From the human T2T-CHM13v2.0 reference genome, Homo sapiens, in assembly GCF_009914755.1 (NCBI RefSeq), contig NC_060929.1: a DNA stretch of 64,000 bases. One strand, written 5' to 3'. Made by a program: the position numbers and the translations under genes. Shown here in pieces: positions 38,303 through 50,900 of this stretch. The notes under the pieces were generated by a model, which worked only from the letters and a program-made list of their open reading frames with translations, had not been told where the DNA came from and did no database searches. How positions within the stretch are numbered: position 1 is the first letter of the stretch; each line of letters starts with the position of its first letter.

Positions 38303-41027
38303 CTGAGAAAACAACCAAAATGAATCAAGCATACAAAATCAAAGGAGGTTAGGAAATCTATATAATTTAATCTTAAGAAGAGAGCAAAATAACATGAAAA
38401 ATTTCTCAGTTGATTAGGTAGATAAGGTAATGACCATCTTTTTAAAGAAAATAAAAGTCCTTAAGAGTTAAAATTAGAAAGAATTGCCTGCAACTGACAT
38501 TAATAATACTTGCTAAGGGTAAGTGCAGTAACTGAACACTTATTAGTTGCTAGACATTGTGCAAGGTGCTCCAAATTCTTTAACTCATGTTTTTTCCTTT
38601 TCCTTTTGATCGTTACCTTTACAGAAACACACAAACAAAAAACAAAAACACCTAGATAATTTGTGGAGGTAAGCTGGAGTTCTATGAATTTAACTTCATG
38701 ATGATGACTCGTTGAGACAATAAACTATGTATGCCACAATATTCACTAAAGAAGTAAGAAGTTTCCTCAAAAACCTATGTTTTTGGAGTCTTTCACAGCT
38801 TTCTAGGAACCAATTATTTTCCCCTTTCCAGGCTTATTGCATGTATTTAAACTATCCCTTAATTTACTGAATACTAACAATGAGCATTACTCCGAATTTA
38901 ACGCTGGTGAATCTCGGGAAAGAGACGTGAGCTCACAGAGGAGGCAAAGAAGGAATGGTGATTTATGATCACAGAAAATGTGCACGTTATTAATGGGACT
39001 CAAAGCAAAAACATGTTTCATATGAGGAGCTGTTTTCAGTCTCCATTTAATGCAGGAGTTAAATTTGGAAAATCCACAGGTACCTCACTTATCTATATAT
39101 AACATGGCTTTTCATAAAATGTTTGTAATTCTGAATATTGATGAGGAGTATATTGATGAGACAGAATTTGGGACTTCATTACCTCGAAACAGGCCTGTTA
39201 ATGTATGTGGATGTATCATCCCAACAAATAACCATTCCAAGAAAGAAAAAAGTCACAATAACTATGGGGTAAAGATAAAAATCAGAGCCTATTAAGCCTG
39301 CCATTAGAAGGGAAAGTGGAATTGCTTCTCATTTTTTGGCCAACAATTAGGAAACCCAGAACATCAGGAACAAAACAAACGAACATTCAAGCTAAATGAA
39401 AACAGCAGTTTCAGAGCCCTTATACTTTGTTCAGCAGAACAGAGGTAGAGTGAGCTGTGCATTTTCCCCTCCATCCCCCAAACACCTCACAGGCTGGGGA
39501 CAGGACTAATAATTTGACTTAATTACATGGTAATACTTATCTGGATTCAACTAGAAATCCTCAAACTGGTCCTAGCTTACAAACTGAGAAAGGAAAGGAA
39601 AGCCGATTTGGGATTCTGGAAGTCAGAGCAGGTTCCCAGTCGTTAGACGTGGCAGAGGAGAATAGAAATGATCACAAAGGAGGAAAAAGAAAGAAAAAAA
39701 TACTAATTAGAAGAGCACAGTGACTAGAGGCCATGGGCTTTGGGATAAAAAGCCCTAGATACTGGCAGGAGGCAGGAGACGTAGCCATCTGGGAAAAATC
39801 ATAAAGAAGTCAGGCTAAACCTACAGACCTCGAAGGCTCCCGAGTGCATTCCGGTATTACCAAGGAGTTCAATAAATGGTGTTCTTAATGAGGGTCCTGG
39901 TTCTTTGAGAAAACTCACCATACTTAGTCAAATCACTTCTTGTAATGACTGTGACATTTTAGAACATTTGCAATGAGAGCAGTTATAACTGTTTCATTGT
40001 TTAAAGGATTAAGCAGATTTAAGCCGAACTCCTCCTTCCTGGACACTCTAGATGAATTAGCTACTGTAAGGAAGGTTGTAGTTCAAGGTGCATCAAAGAG
40101 TCACTACTCCTTTTAATGGAATTTTCCCCCATTCCAGTCTTAGCTTAGAAAGGAAAGAATATACAGAATTGACTGTAGTTTCTCAAGGAAATATCATGGC
40201 AATTTTTATCCCTCACTTTCATATAAATTTAGAGGCTTTTCTAAGTGACAGGATAAATCACTGTCTCTGATACATGAGGATTTATACTTAACTGAGATTA
40301 GTAGGCCATACCTCAGGAGAACAGCGTTCTCATTCTGAACAATACGCATGAACCAAGGGAAAGGTTCCATTTTAGTCATTCACTTCCATAAAATGCAAGT
40401 TCATTTCAATTACTACTGTGGCTCACCTACTAACGACCAGCTCCAACAACATAAAAAACATTAAATCACCAAATTTGTCATCAGTGTTTTACATGTGTTT
40501 CCCATGCTTGGTAAAGTACGTTTACTGAGAGCAAAGAATGTTAGAAGTGGAAACAAGCTACAGACACCACTCTCGTCTGTCCTGACACTCTAACCGTGAG
40601 GAGCTGTGACTTATGTTAGCAAGTGAAAACTGGTAGGCATGAAATTTCTTTTACAAGAGCAAGCCAAAGTGATAGCAGAAATTTACTTTATATGTATAGC
40701 TTTACAGAACGGCAATGTGGTTCCTGCTCATAGAACAAAGTGAGTTAATCTACTTTGCAAGAGACAATGACCTTTCAAAGCAAGCTGTGATAGGTTTATC
40801 CCTTACCTTACAAAAAGAATATCAGTTCTTTAGCAAAACCATAAGGACAAGGTAATTTTGTAAGGACTAATTCAGGTACTCCTTTTTCAAGGTGAAGTAC
40901 ACACATTTCTCAAATCTTTGGGGACGTGAACCAATATTATTCTGCAATATGCATTTAAAAATCAGATAATTATTGGACAGCTAAGCATCTATAAGAGAAT
41001 GGCTATTCCCAGTCACCAATATTAATC

Positions 41028-41190
41028 TTTTATTTATTTATTTTTTAAGAGACAGGGTCTACCTCTGCCACCTAGATGGGAATACAGTGGTGTATCACGG
41101 CTCACTGCCACCTTGAACTCCTGGGCTCAAGCAATCGTCCTGCCTCAGCCTCCCGAGTAGCTGGGACCATGTATGGGCTTGCACCTGGCT
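41028..41190 (-). mobile_element. Alu right-arm monomer (FRAM/AluJ fragment)
   Basis: T-tail + gagacagggtc...ggctcactgc...cctcagcctcccgagtagctggga; no left arm. Confidence 0.85.
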
Positions 41191-43386
41191 CTGATTTTTT
41201 TTTTAACCAAACCAATTTCCTATCTTAAAAGTCACAAGAAGAGCACATTGGTTGTGTGGCTTTCATGTCTTACTTCTCAACAGCAATAAGAAATAAACAT
41301 GAGCTGGAAGAGAGAAACAGAACACTAGTCTCAGTGAAGGAAATAACTTAATTCAGCACACTGCTCTACAAGCATCTGTCTTTGGTCTCACTGCATTCAA
41401 AAAATAACATGGAAAAAGGAATGGAGACATGAGTAACACATATAAGAAAAAAATAATTAGAACTTAAAAAAATAAATATCATAATGCAAGTTGCAACCCA
41501 CTTGCCGTGCAGACATGTCAGAACACAGATCTGTAGTATCTATATTCATCACTGCCAGGCGTATTAAAATAGAGGCAGAATGTCAGTGGCAGGAGTTGGC
41601 ATGTGTACGAAATGTTTAAGCGCCCTACATGATTCTGATCTGCCCCACTAGGTCAAAAATCACTCACCTATTCCCATCACGGTAGTTCACTCAGCGGTTC
41701 ACTGTCTCACTTAGTGCTTAATTGCGGGATGTTTTCATAGGTCCACTGGCACCTAACTAGGTTCAGACTGTTTTAAGTCTCTCCCAATCTACAAATGGTT
41801 ATCTCCTGCCTATTCATAGGCACCTGCACACCAGCAGCCTAATGACAGTGGCCTAAACTAGTTAAACTAGTTGATTCTTCATAACTGTTTGCTTTTGATC
41901 AAAAAGGGCAGCAAGAAAAGGGCCAGTGGTTCCACTGGGAGGAAAGCCATGTGGGACAAATTAGGTGCCGCTGCAAGATTTAAAAGCTCGGGGGTGGGGA
42001 TGGGGGGGGAAGCAGAGCTAACTAGAGGCAGCTGTTAGGATGTGGTTTCTGTGTTTATATTCTTCTCCTTCCCCCTAATGCCTCTTATGGGTATTAGGAA
42101 GGAAAGCATATATATGACCCAGCAGAGAGGATCAGCTCTCTTGACTGTGCATGATGCCGAGACCATAACTCAGCACATTAATGACAAAAGTTACCTGGCA
42201 AGAGAATGAGGTAAACCTTTATTTGAAAATTTTTTGCAATCTTCTTTTATCTAAACACATGAATACAGCAGAAAATTGCACTGTTAGCAGACGGCTGTCA
42301 TGATAATAGTGAGAAACCTTATAGGAGCAATAAACCTGAGCTACCTAGAGATTTAAGGCTGACCTACCAGTCTGCAAATGGTACATCCTGTTGCTATTAC
42401 GACCTTTACCCCCACCCCCCGCCACCCCGACAATTTCACCTTCAAACTCTCAACCCAAAATTTCAATATGGTTCATTGCCAGCACCTTTCTCTTTTTTTG
42501 GGGTGCAAAAGTGGTTCGTTGATCCATATGTATTTCAACAGGCTTTGACTGAGAATTAAAGTCACATACTATTTAAACAACACAGAGATTGCATTGTTCT
42601 TACAAGAACCTCCCTTTTCCCTGCCTGCCCCAACCTCTCTTCCCTTCAATATTGTCCTCAATAACAGGCTTTCTTCCCTCCTTGTAAAGCCCATATGGGG
42701 CACTGGGAGGAAGCAGGGGGAGGGCAAGTATTTCTATTTCTCTTGGCACTGAATAAAATGGTTTTCCAGGGGATGGAGTATCACTCTCATTTTAATAAAA
42801 CTCCTGTTTCCTGTATAATATCACTCAGGTCACTTCAAGGTGAGAAGGTGATCAAAAACAGAGACGAGCAGTGGACTACACTTGTGAATAGCACTCAACA
42901 GGGCCCACATGCTCCAAATCAATGCAGCATGACCAAGTCCTCTGCCCAATCATCCAGCTACTCAAGTATTGCAAATCTTAAGAATTCTACGTGCTCAGAC
43001 AAATAGCTGCTGCAAATACTTAATGCAATGAAGCCACTTTTTACTTGACTTTTTTTTTAAAGTCCTTTCCCAAACTGTGGTATTATTACCTGTAACATAA
43101 TGAACATTAAAATTGATTTTCACCAGCTCATATGATTTGCCTACACATAAGGCTTTAATGCAGAGTAAAGAACAGATTAGAATAGCATTGGCCTCAACTT
43201 TTAAAATAGCTTTTCTCTTCCTACTGGGTGAATGAGTACATGAAGCCACTTGATTCACACAGGGAAACTTAATTCCTTCCTCATTCTCTGCCATCTATCC
43301 ATCTACCTGTTTTGTATTATTTTTAATTGCTTTGATGCTGCACTCCTGCTACTCTACCCAAATCATAGACACACACTTGCACGTAC

Positions 43387-43388
<2 letters not shown>

Positions 43389-43423
<35 letters not shown>
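43389..43423. repeat. (CA)n microsatellite, ~17 units
   Basis: Directly visible. Confidence 0.95.
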
Positions 43424-43427
<4 letters not shown>

Positions 43428-43429
43428 CT

Positions 43430-43610
43430 AGTAATGCGGTATAGCAGAATTTTTATCTGAGCCACATATTAGCTGTACGACTTTGGAAGGTTACATAATA
43501 TCTCTAAAACTTCAATTTCCTCTTCCATAAAATCAAGATGATAATTCCTGCCTCATAGGGCTACAAAATATCACAGCTGTAGTAGGCGCTCTATAAATAT
43601 TAGTTCCCAT
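43430..43610 (+). mobile_element. MIR
   Basis: ttagctgtacgactttggaagg...cttcaatttcctcttccataaaa...cctgcctcataggg. Confidence 0.65.
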
Positions 43611-46219
43611 CTTTTCCCCTCTCTCCGTGAACAATGCACTCTGATATCCTTTAAATACAGACTTTACAGATCAATGAATAGAAAAGGGTTTCTCCTGGAG
43701 TTTGCTGATGCCAGGAACAGCGCCCTAATTTTTTTCTCTCCATTGTTAATTTCTTTTTAAAATACTTCTTACCCCTTCTTTCACAAATCTGTATTCTCCT
43801 ATCCTAAGGGGATTGATATTTTCTTTGTTTCTCTATCCAATCTTTCTCAAAGGTACAGAGATCTAATATAACTATATTAATAATAGGTAAACAATTGAAA
43901 CAAAAACATGAATATGGTCACTCTGCCATTAGCCTTGAGTTTCAAAGTTGTGTTTAAAATGCTAAAAATCTGCCACTGCAGTGAAAGCCAATATGAAGTG
44001 TATATCCTAAAAGAGATTGTCTGCAAATACAAATGAAAACATTTCTGAACCAGACTGCTATGACTAATAACACAATTTGATACATTAGAATAGAAAATGG
44101 TGGAGGTTTATGATCCTTCTCCCACCCCGGGTGGGAAGCACACTCGCACACACTTAAATAAAACGGCGAGTAGGCTAACTCGCTGCCTGCTAGAGAGGGC
44201 ACTGCACACATTTCTTTTCCTTCTTCAAACATTTGCAGTAGAGTTTGAGCCCAGTTAATCAATACCTTAAAAAACCTGTTTTAAGACAACACTGTCTAGT
44301 TTGCTTTCTGGCCATTTCAGGTACAAACCTTTAAAACGAATTATATTTTTTTTCACAGATTTCAGATTTTACTAACCTATATTACAAGTGACTTTTAAAA
44401 ATATTTTGCTACTGTTTAAATCAATACTCATCATGACATAGACTATGTATGATATTTGGTAGCTGAACTTGTATCTTTTCAGCTAAAAATTCAAAGTTGG
44501 TCTTCTTTTTCTCCTTCACCTCTCAACACAGTTTCTTCCAAACTTGCTGTGAGGAGTGGAGGGGGAGAGGAAGGAGGGAGTGTATGACCATAGGAGGGAG
44601 GAAAGCAAAAAACAAATAAATCTTCAGTGTCACAAAGGGCCTCACCTTGCTTACGGTGCATGACCCACATCTATAAAAAGACCTGGACCAGACAAACCTA
44701 TTACATCCTTCAGCATTTCCTCCTCCCCCTAACACTTCTCTCATAACCTTCCAAAGCTGCCACCTTCACAATAAAATGCAGATAAGCTGTCAGAGCCTGG
44801 TAGTCCAAGCGATCTACTCTCCATCTGCTTGCAAATTTCATGGAAATTTTTAAAATTCAGCACCATATGAGGAAAACAACGTTCAGCAACGTCAAAACGA
44901 ACACAGACTGAGTTATTCTCTGAAGAGGGCTGGCAATGTTACATCACTGCTGCTGCAATTAATTCTGAAGCATGAGTTGTACTTATCATACAGAAATGTG
45001 TAACTTCCCCTGAAGCAAAGGCTTCAAAAGCTAAATGACAGATGCCGGCCTCTAGGTGTCTTGTTTGCTGCTCAGAATGCTTGCTTTTCAGTTCAGTCCC
45101 CAAATGGCTCCGCCATTCTGTGATTCACATTGTACCTCCTTTTGAGCAACCGTGTTAGGAGACTTGATGTAGCCATCGATGCAACAAAATGAAGACAGAT
45201 TCCCATGCTGTGGTCCACAGTCTCATACACAACTTAAAATGTTAAGCCTCATTCATCGTAAAAATTCACTGCTCAAACTCTAGTTTTCCTTCTTGTTCAT
45301 GCAGACACTTTCAAATGTTATGTCCCATGTAGACAGATCTTTCTGCCTGCCTATCTCAGCTGAATATGTTCTTTGCAAAATATTCCCTTTGTCCCCTGCA
45401 TGTCATGGTGCCGGGAGGCCACCAGCAGCAAGGTCCTGAGCTCCCAAGAGAGGTGCCCCTTAAAGCAGGAGATGGAGGCACCAAGTCAACTATAACTTCA
45501 TGGCTGTGCTTTATCTTCCTACTGGGCAAGACACACCCACGACTTCATGGCTGGGCTCACCTTTCACAAAGTGTCAGCAGAGCTGCATGTGGCCACAGCC
45601 TTCACCCTTTATCCACAATGGCATTAATGATGGCCCCAAGCAGGCTGGTCCCAACGCTCGGTTTATTCCAGAAGCTGAATAAAGAGATCAGTTTCTGTGA
45701 ATGTCCAAATACCCAGCCAACAGAACACTTTACTAGAATTGGGAGGGCTCTAGGCTTTTTCATTAAACCCTAAATAGTGGCTTTCTAATTGTGATATATT
45801 CAATAAATGGAGCACTACAAAACTTCCTGGTTGCTCTCTTCATCTACTGAATTCTGAGTGTTATAGTTCTTCCTGCAAAACATGGGCCTTGCATATTCCA
45901 TACACATACATATACAGCTACAATAATTTATAAAAGAAAAAATCTCAAATCATCAAGTGGCTGTTAAATTAAGTAAGAAGGAAATAGGAAGAAGACCAAC
46001 TAAAATTATACAATGTAATTAAAAGGGTATCCTCTCTACATTTCTAATAAAACGCACTTGGTTGTTATCATGTATGGTTGGGTACAGTTTCTACCCCAGC
46101 ATCCAATATCACACAAAGAAACAAAAGCAATGAGAATTTACTATCAATAATTTCCATTCACTTAAGCAACAACTAAAATCTGTCATTATTAAAATTACCT
46201 ATAAGACTGGTAATTAAAG

Positions 46220-47900
46220 CTAACCGTCTGCCATGCCAGCCCTCCTCCTGCCTTCCCGTGACTTGGCCTCCTTTGATCTTTCTCTCCTGGTTATTAACAT
46301 TAGCGGCAGGAGTAGTAGATCCACGTCAAAATCAGAAAAATAATTCCTAAGCAGAAGAGGTCTTAAAACACGGCAAGTGTACCCAATGCTGATCCATGCA
46401 AAAACAGGGAAGAAAAATTGCCGCTGAGCCCACGTGAGAGCTGGAGGCTGCACCACCAAAGTCGCCTCACCCTGCGTCCACCACTCCATCCACAGTGTTA
46501 TGCAGGGAAAACGGATCTCTGCTAAAATTGTTTCTTCCTAAATTTACCTGCACCATACTAGCCATGCTTCCCAAGGCCACAGGCCTCCAAACACACAGTC
46601 CTTGTGCCTTCCACCTTAGCCCTCCTCCAGCCACCGTGCCCCTGCCCGCCGCCGACTAGAATAAGATGACTGAATGGTGCCTCTTGAAAGGTCGTGATAA
46701 CAAATCCAATTTACGATTATCAAAGGGACAAAACCAAAAGGTGGAAGAGTCTGAATCAGTGAAAAATTATATTATCATTTAATTGTATTCATCAACAAGA
46801 TCACCTCTCATTTAAGAATGAGACAGATAGCAATGTTCAATAGAAAGGGAAGGGGGAAAATTGCAGGGTGGGAATGGGAGGGAATCCCACCTGTCCTTCA
46901 AAGTGTAACCCCAAGTTAAATTCTCTTCTATTATTTCCGTCCTTAAAATAGTCAGATAGCAAGATGTTCAAAGGAACACAAAGCAGTATAGTAGAGCTGC
47001 CTTCTTTCAAAGGGGCCAGAGCAGCCCTTCGAAGAGTTATTCAGGTCACAGGGAAATTACACTTCTTTACGCATCTATAAAGAATTCAGAGTTTTCCATT
47101 TTTATTAGCATTATTATAATATTGAAGGTTTTCAGGCATATCATGAGGGGAGCATTTACAGAGACAAGCTGAGCAGACCCAGCCTCACGGCGCACCCGCC
47201 CCGCTTGAAGAAGTTCCACAGCCTGGCAGACATTTTGAAAAGCCTAATAAGCACATAGCACTTCGACTGTTAGTTTATATACTAATACAGCCAAACACGT
47301 TACGTGAAAAAGCCAAGATTCAGTTGTTTTTGTCAACTATTAGACTCAACATGATACTTTGTCTCTATGAAGGCAGACTACTTGGGGCCACTCTATTCCT
47401 TTGATAAAACTGTCATGCTATCATTGAATCATCACAAAACGTATCTCTTTTTTTAATCCTTTCTTAATTTTTGCAATTGAAAAACTACAATTACCTTTTG
47501 ATTATTTTTCAGTGCATACAGTGTCAAAGTCCCCAGTTCCTGATATAAATTCCATGAATATTTGAAAAATTAATACAACTGTGTCACCCATTGTTCATTT
47601 TATTCACATCTCTTCCCGCCTTCTCCCTGGCACTTTTTCTAGCAGCCCTGAGCCTTCCATAGCGGCACGGAGGCATAGGCACATATTCAAAGGTAGAAGA
47701 CTGAAAAGGTCATATAGCAAGCAGAGAATTTTCTAGCAACGCAGGTTTCGATCTTTGCTATTTCAGTGTTATTCCCGCTGAGCCTCGCGTGCCAAGAATA
47801 CCACTGGCGCTGTTCAGAGACACTCATGATGACTCAATGGAGAATCAGGCGACCTGGGCATTTAACTATGCGCCTATTCCCAATGATATTCTGTCTCAAA
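46220..47900. promoter_or_regulatory. Putative enhancer with clustered TCF/LEF sites
   Basis: CTTTGAW/WTCAAAG at 46271, 46719, 46897, 46967, 47006, 47399 and 47686; CpG retention; no recognisable repeat. Confidence 0.45.
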
Positions 47901-50900
47901 TCATTTCCATCCTCATAGAAACATGAAAGTGGGGCAATGACAGATATGAAGCCCAGCATGAACTGCCTGGAAGAACTCTGCCTAGCAACACAGCTTTATC
48001 ACTCCACCACGCATATGAAGCCAGAGCCCACCGACAAAAATAATGACATAAAAACCAAGCTGGAAATGCTATAGTTTAAGAAAAGCTACAAAAATCGTAT
48101 CACAGAAGAGACTGTTTAAAATCATTTTACATTCAACCAGTAAGTACAAATGAAACATTAGTTGATATTTTAACCTACAATGAAGCAAATACTGTGTCAG
48201 CATACACCTTTTTGCTATGTAAAATCACACGTTTCCCACAAAAACCTATGTTTGTAAAATTCCACGGGAAACAAGGTAAAACGGTTCGCTCAAGTCTTGC
48301 CTTAGCGTATTCCTCAATATAGTAAAAGAGGGTTGGGATTACTTTGATGACCCTTCAAGTCCGGTATGTAAATATATTAGGTTTTCTTTATTCTATTTCA
48401 GTGACACACATACATCCAGAAGGTTATTTCCTTTATTTTTCTCTTTGAGGATTCTGGGTTCTAATTGTGAATATGTGAATATGACAGGACACAGAGCATG
48501 AGCTTATAATTTTTATTCACAGGAGATCTAAGTTTGTGCTACTATAGTCACAGTGATCTTTCAACTGGTTCCAAAGATAAATATTGGTGAGGCAGCAGGC
48601 CAGGGCTCGGATGGGCATTTTTAGTACTGAAAAGGAATTAAATTAGCTAGTTGAATGCAGCATGAACCCAAGTCCTTGACTTGATTAGTAACACAAAGCA
48701 CACTGTTAGCAGTGAAGGAAAAAACGAATATGTAAGGAGTAGTTATTTCAAATCATTTTCTCTGCTCGTTTTCATTTATGGAAACTAAATGGGTAACTGC
48801 TTCTGTTCCTATCTGCACAATAATTTTGACAACATATTAATATAATGTTAACATAGGATGGAAAGTGGGAATTAGCAATGATTAACAGATATTCTTCAAA
48901 TATATGTACTTTCTTCAGAAGTTAACAAAGGATTTGAACATAAATTCTACCATGTCTCAAATAGCACCATTCAATAGAAAGCATCTGCACAAAAATTATC
49001 TCAGGTTATTTTACTAGTACTACATTTATTTCTCTTATTACTTTCTGATGTTTCTTGGGAGGCAAATTTTACTGATAAATATGTAAAGTTGATTAATTAT
49101 ACTTTCTATATCATGTATAATGAGTTGCATTATAACAACATAATAAAATTATATAGAATCCAGAAATACATGAATTATTGAGGAATGTCAGGTAAGACCA
49201 TCTTATATGGCCTCCTCTGAACTCTTAAAACCAGACAGGTTACAACCAGGAAAGCCTATTTGTTGCTAGAAACTGCAATCATCAATAGCCCAAGCAAGCA
49301 AAACACTGGTCAAGTAAAAATTCTTTTTAAAATATAATTTGAAATGCAATTTAAAAAAAAAAAGTTCATCCAAAATATCTACCTTGATTAGACAGTAAAC
49401 ATAATTGGTAACTGTCAAGGTCCATACAGAATTAGTATTAAAAAGTTATCAGTGAGAGCATGTTCTTTGTTTAGTCAGGATATAGAAGCAAACAGAAGCA
49501 TATCACTGCAATGCACAGTGAAGAACTGGAACAAAGCTGTGAGCAGCTCTCCAATATAAAGACCAGGGTTGTGATATTCCCGTCAGTCACTGTATTAATA
49601 CAGGGAAAGCCTACTTAATGAACTGCTGAGAATGGAACAGAGTCACTATGAGAATACATTTTGTGTTTACCAGACTGTAAAATCTGCAATAAGATCCCAG
49701 AATCCTCTTAGATGAATGAAAGTTAAAGGAAATAACCTTCTAGACATAGAAACTCAGTAGCAAAACAGGGAATAAAATAAATAGTTTCCAAATAAAATTT
49801 CTAAAAGACTCATTGCTTTGGCAAAAGCCAAAAAAATTGCTTCATCATCTACGAACAGTGATACAGTAACACAGAAAACTAAAGATAATTTCCTGAAAGA
49901 CTTGAAACTCTATAAATTTAACAATTTTCTTTCGCAATAAAAAAAAAAGATGAAGGAAAACCTTGGGAAAGGCTGTGATTTTGTACATTTTATTAACCAA
50001 GCAACATAAACTTGAATTATATCACTAAGTTTATTTGCTAGTTACTCATTTCTAAGTGTCTTACACTAATAAAAATAAAATCTCAAGTGTTTTATAAAAG
50101 TAATGGGCCTAGAAAAAATTGCTGAGGGTATTTTTTAATATCATCTAAGTTGCTTTTTTCATGCCTATGGGGTTAAAGAAATGATATGTAAGTTATTAAC
50201 TATAATATGGCCAATGTAATTACTACCACCAAATTAAAACAATCTTCAAGATGTTTTAAGTATCCTAAAATGGATGAAAACACCAAAACCCCGTTAAAAA
50301 CTGATGCTTGGATGGCATAGCATGACCCTTGCTATATGAACTTCTGTTCTCTCTCCATTTCCTCCTGACAGATCATGCTTCTAGAGTGAAATAAATTAAA
50401 AACAATTTTCAATTGATTGATAGCTTTTTAAACACAGTGCACCTTGAAGGAAATCATTTACATAAAGTATTTCAAGAGTTACATTGCTAAGTTAAAAATC
50501 AAAGTAAATGACCCCAATAAGAGATTCCTGAATCACTAAGTAATTTCAAATAAATGAAAAGAGAATGAAAGGCATTTTTCTCACTGGATGATAAGACTCC
50601 TGATTAAATCTTCTTCTGACACTAAAGCAGGCCTTGTAGTTCTAACAGCTCTTCATTTCAACTAAGGTCATCATGAAAAGAATGATTATCAGATAAACCC
50701 AATCAGAAAAGACTCAAAAGTTTTCAGAGCCTCCAATTCCATACGATTTCTAGGCATCCTGATTGACAGTTTTGTAAAATATAAGGATAATTAAACTGAC
50801 ATGAAAATCAGTACCCTGCATAAATCCTAAAAGCAGTTTATCTAACCTTTTGATCCTCAGAGAACTCAGTCGTCCTAGAACCTGTTCCTACTCACCATCT

